Assembly: GCA_034435055.1 (NCBI GenBank)
Contig: DAOTXS010000065.1
Location: forward strand, 1-64,000
Direction of reading: 5' to 3'
DNA from: Anaerolineae bacterium
GTDB taxonomy: Bacteria > Chloroflexota > Anaerolineae > UBA4142
Length of the DNA stretch: 64,000 nucleotides
This document shows, one piece after another, positions 56,981-64,000 of the stretch. Below the pieces are notes generated by a model, which had not been told where the DNA came from, searched no databases, and saw only the letters and a program-made list of their open reading frames with translations. Numbering within the stretch: the stretch's first letter is position 1; the number at the start of each line of letters is the position of its first letter. The position numbers and the translations under genes were made by a program.

Positions 56981-57904
56981 TCACACGGCTTTTGGTGCGA
57001 GGGTTGCTTTTGGTTGCGCGGTTTGTGTGGACGCTTCACCCAGAACGCGGTCGCGGACTTGCGGGATAAGCAACAAGATGACAATCGCCAGACCAAAGAG
57101 TGTGCCGTACAGATAATCGAGCGTAGTCGAGCGAATGAAATGTGTTGCTAAACTTGCGCCCGCCGTCGCCAGCCCAGCGATGATGCCCACGTACAAGCCG
57201 CCGGCTTTGCGCCCGCCGAGTTGATAGATTGCGACGAGTAGCATCAAGCACGTAATCCACAACGTGAGGAACGACAACCACAGCACGTTAATGCCCGGCG
57301 CAAAAAGCGGTCGTTGCGGATGACCGATGTAGATGCGGAATGCCGCGTGCCCGTTCGCAAAATTTTCTGCCGCCGCCACGCCAAGCATCAAGAACACCAA
57401 CCCGTTTGCAACCTTGCTCATCCAATCCGATTTCTCGGCGAGAAGAATCGCAAAGTACGGAATCAAACCAATCGCCATGATGAGGAGCGCGGGCGGAAAC
57501 CCGGCGCCGGTGCCCATAAAGTTGAGCCAGGGAATCAGCATAAACGCGCCACCCGCCGATGGCATCGCCAGCGCGAGTAACGCCGCGCCACGCGCCCACA
57601 CTTGTCCTTTGTACAACGGCAAAGCCACCGCGAACAACGCAAAGCCGCCGATGAACGAAAGCACTGCCCATAACGGGAACAACAAACCAATCGACCACGG
57701 CACGACGCGAATGACTGCCGCGTTCGTCTTGGCTTCAGGCGTGCCTTGCTTTTCAAAATTTTCGATGCGCGCGAGTTGATTCTTGACAATGGGGTTGAGC
57801 GTGTAATCGACGATCAGAGGGACTGCCGTAGTCATGAGGATGCCGGCGATCACCACCAGCACAACGACAAAAAGGCGTACTTGTTTCGATGTGTTTGGGG
57901 ACAT
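56981..57904 (-). CDS. Hypothetical integral membrane protein
   Basis: About eight TM helices; start at the ATG at 57904 with an AAGGAG RBS. Confidence 0.5.
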   Translation of the reverse strand: MSPNTSKQVRLFVVVLVVIAGILMTTAVPLIVDYTLNPIVKNQLARIENFEKQGTPEAKTNAAVIRVVPWSIGLLFPLWAVLSFIGGFALFAVALPLYKGQVWARGAALLALAMPSAGGAFMLIPWLNFMGTGAGFPPALLIMAIGLIPYFAILLAEKSDWMSKVANGLVFLMLGVAAAENFANGHAAFRIYIGHPQRPLFAPGINVLWLSFLTLWITCLMLLVAIYQLGGRKAGGLYVGIIAGLATAGASLATHFIRSTTLDYLYGTLFGLAIVILLLIPQVRDRVLGEASTQTAQPKATLAPKAV

Positions 57905-58039
57905 TGCATTTGCTCCTTGCAAAATCATCATTGATTTGTGTCGAAAGACGGGTTTTACCCGCCAGCGTAAAATTTGCTTTTATTCAACCTCCCGGATAAA
58001 ATTTCGATAGCATTCTACAATGTGAACCGCCGACACTCT

Positions 58040-58053
58040 TTGACATTTGTCAA
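58040..58053. promoter_or_regulatory. FNR/CRP-type palindrome TTGAC-ATTT-GTCAA upstream of the crp/fnr gene
   Basis: Perfect 5-N4-5 palindrome 15 nt upstream of the ATG. It resembles the FNR box TTGAT-N4-ATCAA. Confidence 0.45.
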
Positions 58054-58067
58054 GAACAGGGAATTGC

Positions 58068-58739
58068 ATGGATGAGTTGATCCGCCAACTTGAGAAAGCC
58101 GAAGTCTTGGGAAAATTACCCGAGCCCGTCCGAATCGAACTGGCAAAACTTGCCATTCGGCGCGAGATTCCGCGTGGCGAGTTTTTGTGTCATCAAGGTT
58201 ACGTGTGGCAAAATGCCTTGTTCGTTGCGTCGGGACGAATGCGCTGGACGATGCTTTCCGCCGGCGGACAGGAACACACGCTCTTTGTTCTGGAACCCGG
58301 CTCGGTTTTTTGGGCACATTCCCTTTTCGATGACGAACCGATGCCGGCGTCACTTGCGGCGATAAAAAATTCCGTTGTCTATGTCTGGCATCGTGACGTC
58401 ATCCTGCCGATTTTGTACCGCAATCCCGAAGCAATGTGGGAAATCAATCGCACGCTGGTTCGCACAATGCGCCGCGCGCGCGAAATTATCTATGGACTAG
58501 CGTTTCACCCGGTCGCGGGTCGCGTTGCAAAATTGTTATTGCAAGAGTCGCGCCAAGATTCCAAAATCGTCGAACGCGATTGGAGTCTCGACGAACTGGC
58601 GACGATGGTTGCGTCCACACCCGAAGTCGTCTGCCGCGTCCTGCATCAATTTGCCGATGAAGGATTGCTTGGCATCACGCGCACGCGCATCACCTTGCAT
58701 GACCGCGAAGGTTTGGAACGAGTTGTGAAAATGGATTAA
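58068..58739 (+). CDS. Crp/Fnr family transcriptional regulator
   Basis: cNMP-binding beta-roll followed by a C-terminal HTH (LDELATMVASTPEVVCRVL). Confidence 0.85.
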   Translation: MDELIRQLEKAEVLGKLPEPVRIELAKLAIRREIPRGEFLCHQGYVWQNALFVASGRMRWTMLSAGGQEHTLFVLEPGSVFWAHSLFDDEPMPASLAAIKNSVVYVWHRDVILPILYRNPEAMWEINRTLVRTMRRAREIIYGLAFHPVAGRVAKLLLQESRQDSKIVERDWSLDELATMVASTPEVVCRVLHQFADEGLLGITRTRITLHDREGLERVVKMD

Positions 58740-58746
58740 TCGCCGG

Positions 58747-59601
58747 TTACATCGTGCTGAACGCGATGAGCAACATCGCGCCGAGCATATACACGGATGC
58801 GTACTTGAACAGTCCCAGGTTCAATCGTTCAGATGGTCGCGCGATGAGAATCCCCGCCAGAATTAGCAGACCCAAACCAAGTACGAACAAGAATCGCAGC
58901 AACCCCCACTCCATTTCAATTCCGATTGCCGCGCCAATCATCGTCACCGCTGCCGCGATGGAGGACACGGCAATCAACATTCGCGTGGTCGCCACGCCGT
59001 ACCACGCTGGAAATGTCGGCACGCCCGCGCGCCGATAATCGTCGGCGTGGCGAATGTTGAAGGTCATAATGTGCGTCGGAATCCAGAACAAGACCGCCAG
59101 CGCAAGTAGAATTCCAACCCCATCGATTCCGCCAATTCCAAGCGCGCGCCCGGCAAGTGCCGGCATTCCGCCGGACAATCCGCCGATAATGATCGAGTAC
59201 GGCGTGCGGCGCTTGAGCCAAACGGTGTAAACGATCACGTCGAAGAACAAGCCGGCAAAGACAACCGCGCCGTAAAGTGGACTCATCGCGTATGCCCAAC
59301 TCACGCCAACGCCAGCAAGTAACAGTCCGAGCAGTAATGCTTCGACCGCCGAAATTTTTCCGGCGGGCAGAGGACGATGGCACGTTCGCTTCATCATTCC
59401 ATCAATGTCGCGGTCGTACACCATATTGAGGACGGTGCTTCCGCTGATCGCCAGAAATAAACTTGCGATGAGCGCGAATACGGTTTCCCAGGTTGTTACT
59501 GGACAACGCGCGCTCAGGTACGCCGCGACGCCGGTGATGAGCAACAACCCGGTTTGCAAACTCTTGATGAGGGTCCAGTACGCGCGCACGCGTTGGTTCA
59601 T
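58747..59601 (-). CDS. ctaB: Protoheme IX farnesyltransferase (heme O synthase)
   Basis: UbiA-family motifs NMVYDRDIDGMM...; nine TM helices. Start at the ATG at 59601. Confidence 0.85.
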   Translation of the reverse strand: MNQRVRAYWTLIKSLQTGLLLITGVAAYLSARCPVTTWETVFALIASLFLAISGSTVLNMVYDRDIDGMMKRTCHRPLPAGKISAVEALLLGLLLAGVGVSWAYAMSPLYGAVVFAGLFFDVIVYTVWLKRRTPYSIIIGGLSGGMPALAGRALGIGGIDGVGILLALAVLFWIPTHIMTFNIRHADDYRRAGVPTFPAWYGVATTRMLIAVSSIAAAVTMIGAAIGIEMEWGLLRFLFVLGLGLLILAGILIARPSERLNLGLFKYASVYMLGAMLLIAFSTM

Positions 59602-59683
59602 CTCCACTCCTCCGCTCGGAAAAATTAGTCCGCTTGGCAATCACACGATACCGCAAGATGGGCTGATTGGTCTTTGCCAAAAG

Positions 59684-60076
59684 TCAAATTGATTTTAGAA
59701 ATCGAGGTAGCCAACGCGGCACGCGTGCTTGGTACTCGCGGTACGCATCGCCGTAGCGTTTTTCAAGTTGGGGTTCTTCAACGAAAACGACAAACAGATG
59801 AAAGCCGATTGCAATCACAAACGCGAACGCGAGCAAGCCGGCGGAACCAAGAACAAGCGCGGTTCCGCATAACAATGAATTTCCCCCGATGTAAAGTGGA
59901 TTGCGAACCCAGCGGTACGGTCCGTTCGCAACGAGTGTGTGGGGCGGATCGCCGGGTGTGCCGGTGCCGCTGCCAAAATGCACGAACGAGACTTGCGCGC
60001 TCGCGACTAATCCGATTGCGCTAACGATAATGAGCCAACCCAGCCAGCGCAAATCGATGAGCAAGCGCACCGGCAT
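59684..60076 (-). CDS. Isoprenylcysteine carboxyl / phospholipid methyltransferase (ICMT/PEMT) family membrane protein
   Basis: C-terminal GPYRWVRNPLYIGG...EEPQLEKRYGDAYREYQ motif block. Start uncertain: the ATG at 60076 is used, and an upstream non-ATG start is possible. Confidence 0.5.
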   Translation of the reverse strand: MPVRLLIDLRWLGWLIIVSAIGLVASAQVSFVHFGSGTGTPGDPPHTLVANGPYRWVRNPLYIGGNSLLCGTALVLGSAGLLAFAFVIAIGFHLFVVFVEEPQLEKRYGDAYREYQARVPRWLPRFLKSI

Positions 60077-60183
60077 TTGCGCGTCGATTGCCGCGGTGAG
60101 CGGCGCGCCGAACCAGATACCGGCAAGTGTTGCGAGTGCGACGCCGCCCACAATGCGAAAAACCGAAAGAACGGAGCGAATGT

Positions 60184-60975
60184 TCACGACTTGTACCAAT
60201 GGTGTAACAATCGGCGGGTTGCCGGCAAAAGTAAAATGACGACAAGTGTAATGCTCAACAGTGGCGATAACGTGAACAACGAAAATCGGCGTACTTCCAA
60301 TGTGCTGGCGACTGCAAGTGGGGTGCCGCCCACAACTGCCATCAGCCCCGCGCCGATACCCAGGATACGTGACCATTCCCGCCGGCTCAGCAACGCAAAG
60401 ATAAAGACTGCCCACGCCGCGCTTCCCCACCAGTTGATTTGTTGGGTCATCACGTACAATCCGTTGACGAAATCCTGTCCCAGCGAAGCAACATATTTGG
60501 CAATCGGCGCGACGCCGTTCATAAAGGACAACACGTACGCCAAGCCCGCAACGAATGCCAGGATTGCGATGCGTGAATCTATTTTGCGAACAATGAACAA
60601 ACCAAGCCACAGAAATAGACTTGGAACGAAAATGACAACCGTGAGCGGAAATACTTTGGCGTCCATCGCCGGCACCATCGGAAAAAAGCCAGCGAGCAAA
60701 CTAAACGTACAGGCGACAAGCCCCAGCATCCACGCCCATTTTTCGCGGCAGAGAAAACCGTACAGCGCGACGAGCCACAACACGCCGCTCGTAATCGACA
60801 GGTACCCAAGCACCGGAAACACGAGCCGCACCGACCAGGATTCGTGAACGCGATTGAGATTCACCATCATGTTGATCAGCGGATTGTAGATTTGCGGAAA
60901 AACATAGAGCGCGCTCAATCCAACCATCGCGCCAATGACGGCGAGCGCGGCGCCCAATCGAAAATTGTCTTGCAT
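60184..60975 (-). CDS. Hypothetical integral membrane protein
   Basis: About eight TM helices; ATG at 60975 with a GGAGG RBS. Confidence 0.45.
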   Translation of the reverse strand: MQDNFRLGAALAVIGAMVGLSALYVFPQIYNPLINMMVNLNRVHESWSVRLVFPVLGYLSITSGVLWLVALYGFLCREKWAWMLGLVACTFSLLAGFFPMVPAMDAKVFPLTVVIFVPSLFLWLGLFIVRKIDSRIAILAFVAGLAYVLSFMNGVAPIAKYVASLGQDFVNGLYVMTQQINWWGSAAWAVFIFALLSRREWSRILGIGAGLMAVVGGTPLAVASTLEVRRFSLFTLSPLLSITLVVILLLPATRRLLHHWYKS

Positions 60976-61209
60976 CTTTGCCTCCAATTCATTCGGATAA
61001 ATATCGACGCCTTTCAAATGCCGCCGGCATCTGAAAGGCGTTCTTCACCCTCAGTGAGCAGAAACCCCTTCGTCGTCTGCCCATTTTCTACCAGACAGAA
61101 TAACACCCCCAGACCAAAATGTCTTTGATAAATATCAAATTTACTTTTCCCTATCTTGACAATCTAACCAACTTGTTGCAATATACCGCCGCATAAAATA
61201 TGCGGCGGT

Positions 61210-63099
61210 ATGCCGCAAAATTCGAACGGCAGTTTGGGAATCGATATGTCAGTTGTGGATGACGTCAAATCGAAAATCGACATTGTTGATGTCATCGGAC
61301 AATACGTGACATTAAAAAAGGCAGGGCGCAATTTCAAGGCGCTCTGTCCATTTCACAACGAAAAAACTCCCTCGTTCATCGTCTTTCCCGATCAAGGCAC
61401 GTGGCATTGTTTTGGTTCGTGCGCAACCGGCGGCGACGTGTTCTCGTTCTTGATGAAGCGCGAGAACATCGATTTTGGCGAGGCGTTGCGGCGATTGGCG
61501 CAGCGCGCCGGCGTCGAACTGATCCGCGAAGGACCTGGGGAAGATGCGGAACGCAAACGCTTGCGCGAATTGCTTGCGACCGCCGCCGCACATTACCATT
61601 ACTTGCTCAAAAATCATCCCGCCGCGCAAGCCGCGCGTGAGTACATTGTCAAACGCCATCTCAAGCCGGACACGGTCGAGCTGTTTGAACTGGGATTCGC
61701 GCTGGACGATTGGCACGCGATGGAAACGTTTCTTGTGGGCAAGGGTTTTTCTGTGCGCGACATCGAAGCGGCGGGGCTGAGTGTTCAACGCGAAGGCGGC
61801 GGTCATTACGACCGGTTTCGCGGACGCTTGATGTTTCCGATTCGCAATCGGAATAGCGAAGTGATTGGGTTTGGCGCACGGACATTGACCGGCGAAGAAC
61901 CCAAGTATTTAAACTCGCCGCAGACGCCTCTCTTTGATAAGAGCGGTACACTCTACGGACTCGATCTGGCAAAAGACGCGATTCGCCAGCAGAATCTCGC
62001 CATCATCGTCGAAGGGTATATGGATGTAATCGGCGCGCATCAAGGCGGATTCAAAAATGTTGTCGCGTCGCTGGGCACCGCGCTCACCGAAAAACAACTA
62101 GGTCTTTTGAAACGCCTGACCAATCGGTACGCGCTCGCGCTCGACCCGGATGCCGCCGGCGAAGAAGCGACCAAGCGCGGTTTGGAAGTTGCGCGCGCGG
62201 CGGCAGACCACAAGAATGCTCCTGTTCCAATGGGAATTGGGACGATCTTGATGGCGAGACGAATTGACGCCGAGTTGCTTGCAATTCCAATGCCGCCCGG
62301 CAAAGATCCAGACGAGTTGATCTATGATGCGCCATCTCGTTGGCGGGAACTTGTTGAAAACGCTGTGCCTTTAGTTGATTTTTTCTTTGATGCCTTAACT
62401 CAAGATTTGGACTTGAAGAATAAATCAACCGACAAGCCGATTGCTCTCAAGCGGCTGGTGCCAATCATTGAAGAATTGAGTGAAGCATCCGAACGCTCGC
62501 ATTACCAACAGAAACTGGCGCGACTAGTTGGAATGCCTGAAAAAGCACTCGAAGAGCAAATTGTTGCACAGCGTCAGCTGCCGCGTATTTCAATGCGTCA
62601 GGGGAAAAACTTGCCTTCAGCTCCGCCGCCTGCCGCCTCGAAACTGGAAGAATATGTGTTGGCGCTTGCGCTCCACACGCCAGAACATTTAGCGAGAATT
62701 GGCTTTCTGGAAGCCGAAGATTTTAGTGAAGCCGATAGCCGCGCGTTGTTTGTTGCCCTGCGCGAATTTTGGAAGCCGGCAGAATGGTTCGACCGCGAAG
62801 CGTTTCGCGCGACGCTTGACGAAACGCTTGCCGCGTTGTACGACCGCTTGATCGAACGAGACGCGCCGGACTTGGATGAACTGGGACTTGGACGCGAGAT
62901 CGAAGGCGCGGCGCATCGGTTGCGCTTGCAACACGACAAGACGGAATTGGAGCAGATCGAAGTATTACTGCGCGACAAGGATGATGAACGCGCGCAGGAA
63001 GATATTTTACGTTTGCAAACACGCGTCAGTTTTTTGCTCAAACGCTTGATGGATAGTCAAAAGGCATTGAGTTCTCGAATGGCTCAGAGTCGTCTATAA
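61210..63099 (+). CDS. dnaG: DNA primase DnaG
   Basis: Zinc-finger CPFHNEKTPSF...HCFGC, TOPRIM (EGYMDV) and a C-terminal helicase-interaction domain. An alternative start at 61246 lies after the hairpin at 61186-61208. Confidence 0.9.
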   Translation: MPQNSNGSLGIDMSVVDDVKSKIDIVDVIGQYVTLKKAGRNFKALCPFHNEKTPSFIVFPDQGTWHCFGSCATGGDVFSFLMKRENIDFGEALRRLAQRAGVELIREGPGEDAERKRLRELLATAAAHYHYLLKNHPAAQAAREYIVKRHLKPDTVELFELGFALDDWHAMETFLVGKGFSVRDIEAAGLSVQREGGGHYDRFRGRLMFPIRNRNSEVIGFGARTLTGEEPKYLNSPQTPLFDKSGTLYGLDLAKDAIRQQNLAIIVEGYMDVIGAHQGGFKNVVASLGTALTEKQLGLLKRLTNRYALALDPDAAGEEATKRGLEVARAAADHKNAPVPMGIGTILMARRIDAELLAIPMPPGKDPDELIYDAPSRWRELVENAVPLVDFFFDALTQDLDLKNKSTDKPIALKRLVPIIEELSEASERSHYQQKLARLVGMPEKALEEQIVAQRQLPRISMRQGKNLPSAPPPAASKLEEYVLALALHTPEHLARIGFLEAEDFSEADSRALFVALREFWKPAEWFDREAFRATLDETLAALYDRLIERDAPDLDELGLGREIEGAAHRLRLQHDKTELEQIEVLLRDKDDERAQEDILRLQTRVSFLLKRLMDSQKALSSRMAQSRL

Positions 63100-63102
63100 A
63101 AA

Positions 63103-64000
63103 ATGACGAGATCCACAAACGCAAAATCCAAAACTAAAAAGCGCATGCTAAAAAAAGTCGAACGCAAACATTCCAAAGTGCTCGCGCTTGCCGGCGTGCA
63201 CGACGATGCCGCGTGGGCGCGCGCGGCAGATTTGCCGGATCAAGACGCCGCGCTCGATGCGCTCGTGCGCAAAGCCGGCGCGCGCAAAAGACTCACGCTC
63301 GAACAAATCCGCGAGGTTTTTCCGGAGATCGAAGAAGACCCGGAACAAATTCTGGATTTGCGTCGATTGTTGGCGGAGATGAAGATCAAGATCGTCAACA
63401 ATCATCTGGCGATCCCGCGCGATAAAGCCGACGAGCCGGTGATCGAGAGCGACGAACCGATATTGGATTTGGAAATTCCCACCGAAGTGGGCAGTGATCC
63501 GGTGCGGATGTACTTGCGCGAAATCGGACGCGTGCCGTTGTTGAACGGTCCGGAAGAATCCAAATTGTCGGAGATGGTGCGCAAGGGCGAACTGGCGCAA
63601 CAAAATTTGAGCAAGCCGACCGCCAACGCTAAACTGAAATCGAAATGGAAAGCGGCGGTCGATGCGGCGGTAACCGCGCGCTTGAAACTTGCCGAGGCAA
63701 ATCTGCGACTCGTCGTCAGCGTCGCCAAACGTTACATCGGGCGCGGAATGTCGTTTCTCGATTTGATTCAGGAAGGCAACATTGGTTTGCTGCGCGCGGT
63801 CGAGCGTTTCGATTACTCGAAAGGATTCAAGTTCTCGACGTACGCGACGTGGTGGATTCGCCAAGCGATCACGCGCGCGATTGCTGATCAAGCGCGCACG
63901 ATTCGCATCCCGGTGCATATGGTCGAGACGATCAATCGATTGATTCGCATTTCGCGCCGGCTGACCCAGGAATTTGGCCGCGAACCAACGTCGGAGGAAA
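63103..64000 (+). CDS. rpoD: RNA polymerase sigma factor RpoD (5' portion; continues past the window end)
   Basis: Regions 1.2/2 [56 protein letters not shown]. Follows dnaG in the classic operon. No stop codon within the window. Confidence 0.85.
   Translation, partial: MTRSTNAKSKTKKRMLKKVERKHSKVLALAGVHDDAAWARAADLPDQDAALDALVRKAGARKRLTLEQIREVFPEIEEDPEQILDLRRLLAEMKIKIVNNHLAIPRDKADEPVIESDEPILDLEIPTEVGSDPVRMYLREIGRVPLLNGPEESKLSEMVRKGELAQQNLSKPTANAKLKSKWKAAVDAAVTARLKLAEANLRLVVSVAKRYIGRGMSFLDLIQEGNIGLLRAVERFDYSKGFKFSTYATWWIRQAITRAIADQARTIRIPVHMVETINRLIRISRRLTQEFGREPTSEE

Noticed and set aside
59684-60610. Long 308-aa version of the ICMT-family ORF
   Set aside because: The N-terminal ~175 codons overlap the well-supported membrane protein gene on the same strand (60184-60975). 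They are Arg/Cys-rich and non-hydrophobic, so the start was moved to 60076.
63148-63918. 256-aa minus-strand ORF
   Set aside because: Antisense to the rpoD 5' region, which is clearly coding on the plus strand (regions 1.2/2 of sigma70).

Overview
This 64 kb window is high-GC (about 60% by eye) bacterial chromosomal DNA. Thr/Pro-rich lipoprotein linkers, promoters that look leaderless, and frequent heptamer tandem repeats suggest a Chloroflexi-like lineage, but that is inference only. Most of the window is housekeeping or envelope genes:

- **Heat shock:** rhomboid protease, then hspR and cbpA arranged divergently from two tandem hsp20 genes, with a HAIR-like operator between consensus promoters; clpB sits further along.
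- **Transport and core metabolism:** phnDCE-type ABC importer, psuG, a cinA C-terminal domain gene, uppP, a PstS-like binding protein, DUF1800/DUF1501 pair, rpsT, murJ.
- **Translation cluster:** prfA, then a SleB-like hydrolase, prmC, tsaC.
- **Envelope and secretion:** a GT4 glycosyltransferase, S8 and M28 peptidases, a TM-anchored NB-ARC/TPR STAND NTPase, a VIT-vWA surface protein, a DsbA-like protein, thymidine phosphorylase.
- **Polysaccharide cluster:** a priming sugar transferase plus two GT4 genes, tRNA-Gln(UUG), and two tandem paralogous PMT/ArnT-family glycosyltransferases.
- **Remaining housekeeping:** glmU, cdd, recO, glyQS, a SAM methyltransferase, ppdK, a VOC protein, a Crp/Fnr regulator, ctaB, dnaG and the 5' part of rpoD.

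No CRISPR array, rRNA, integrase or transposase was seen. The most unusual content is:

1. A roughly 3 kb lower-GC island (8.6-11.6 kb) carrying a polytopic SPFH-domain membrane protein plus a TPR-S24 (LexA-like) peptidase that lacks a DNA-binding domain.
2. A family of about 80 bp hairpin MITE-like elements. One copy is inserted in-frame inside the GT4 gene and two copies flank the cinA-domain gene.
3. A second family of GTAGGGGCGACC...GGTCGCCCCTAC palindromic repeats, used as terminators and in one case translated as a signal-peptide N-region.
4. STRR-like heptamer and octamer tandem repeats, both intergenic and inside murJ and glmU.
5. A STAND NTPase carrying a perfect 120 bp tandem duplication.
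6. A low-GC single-gene methyltransferase insertion between glyQS and ppdK.
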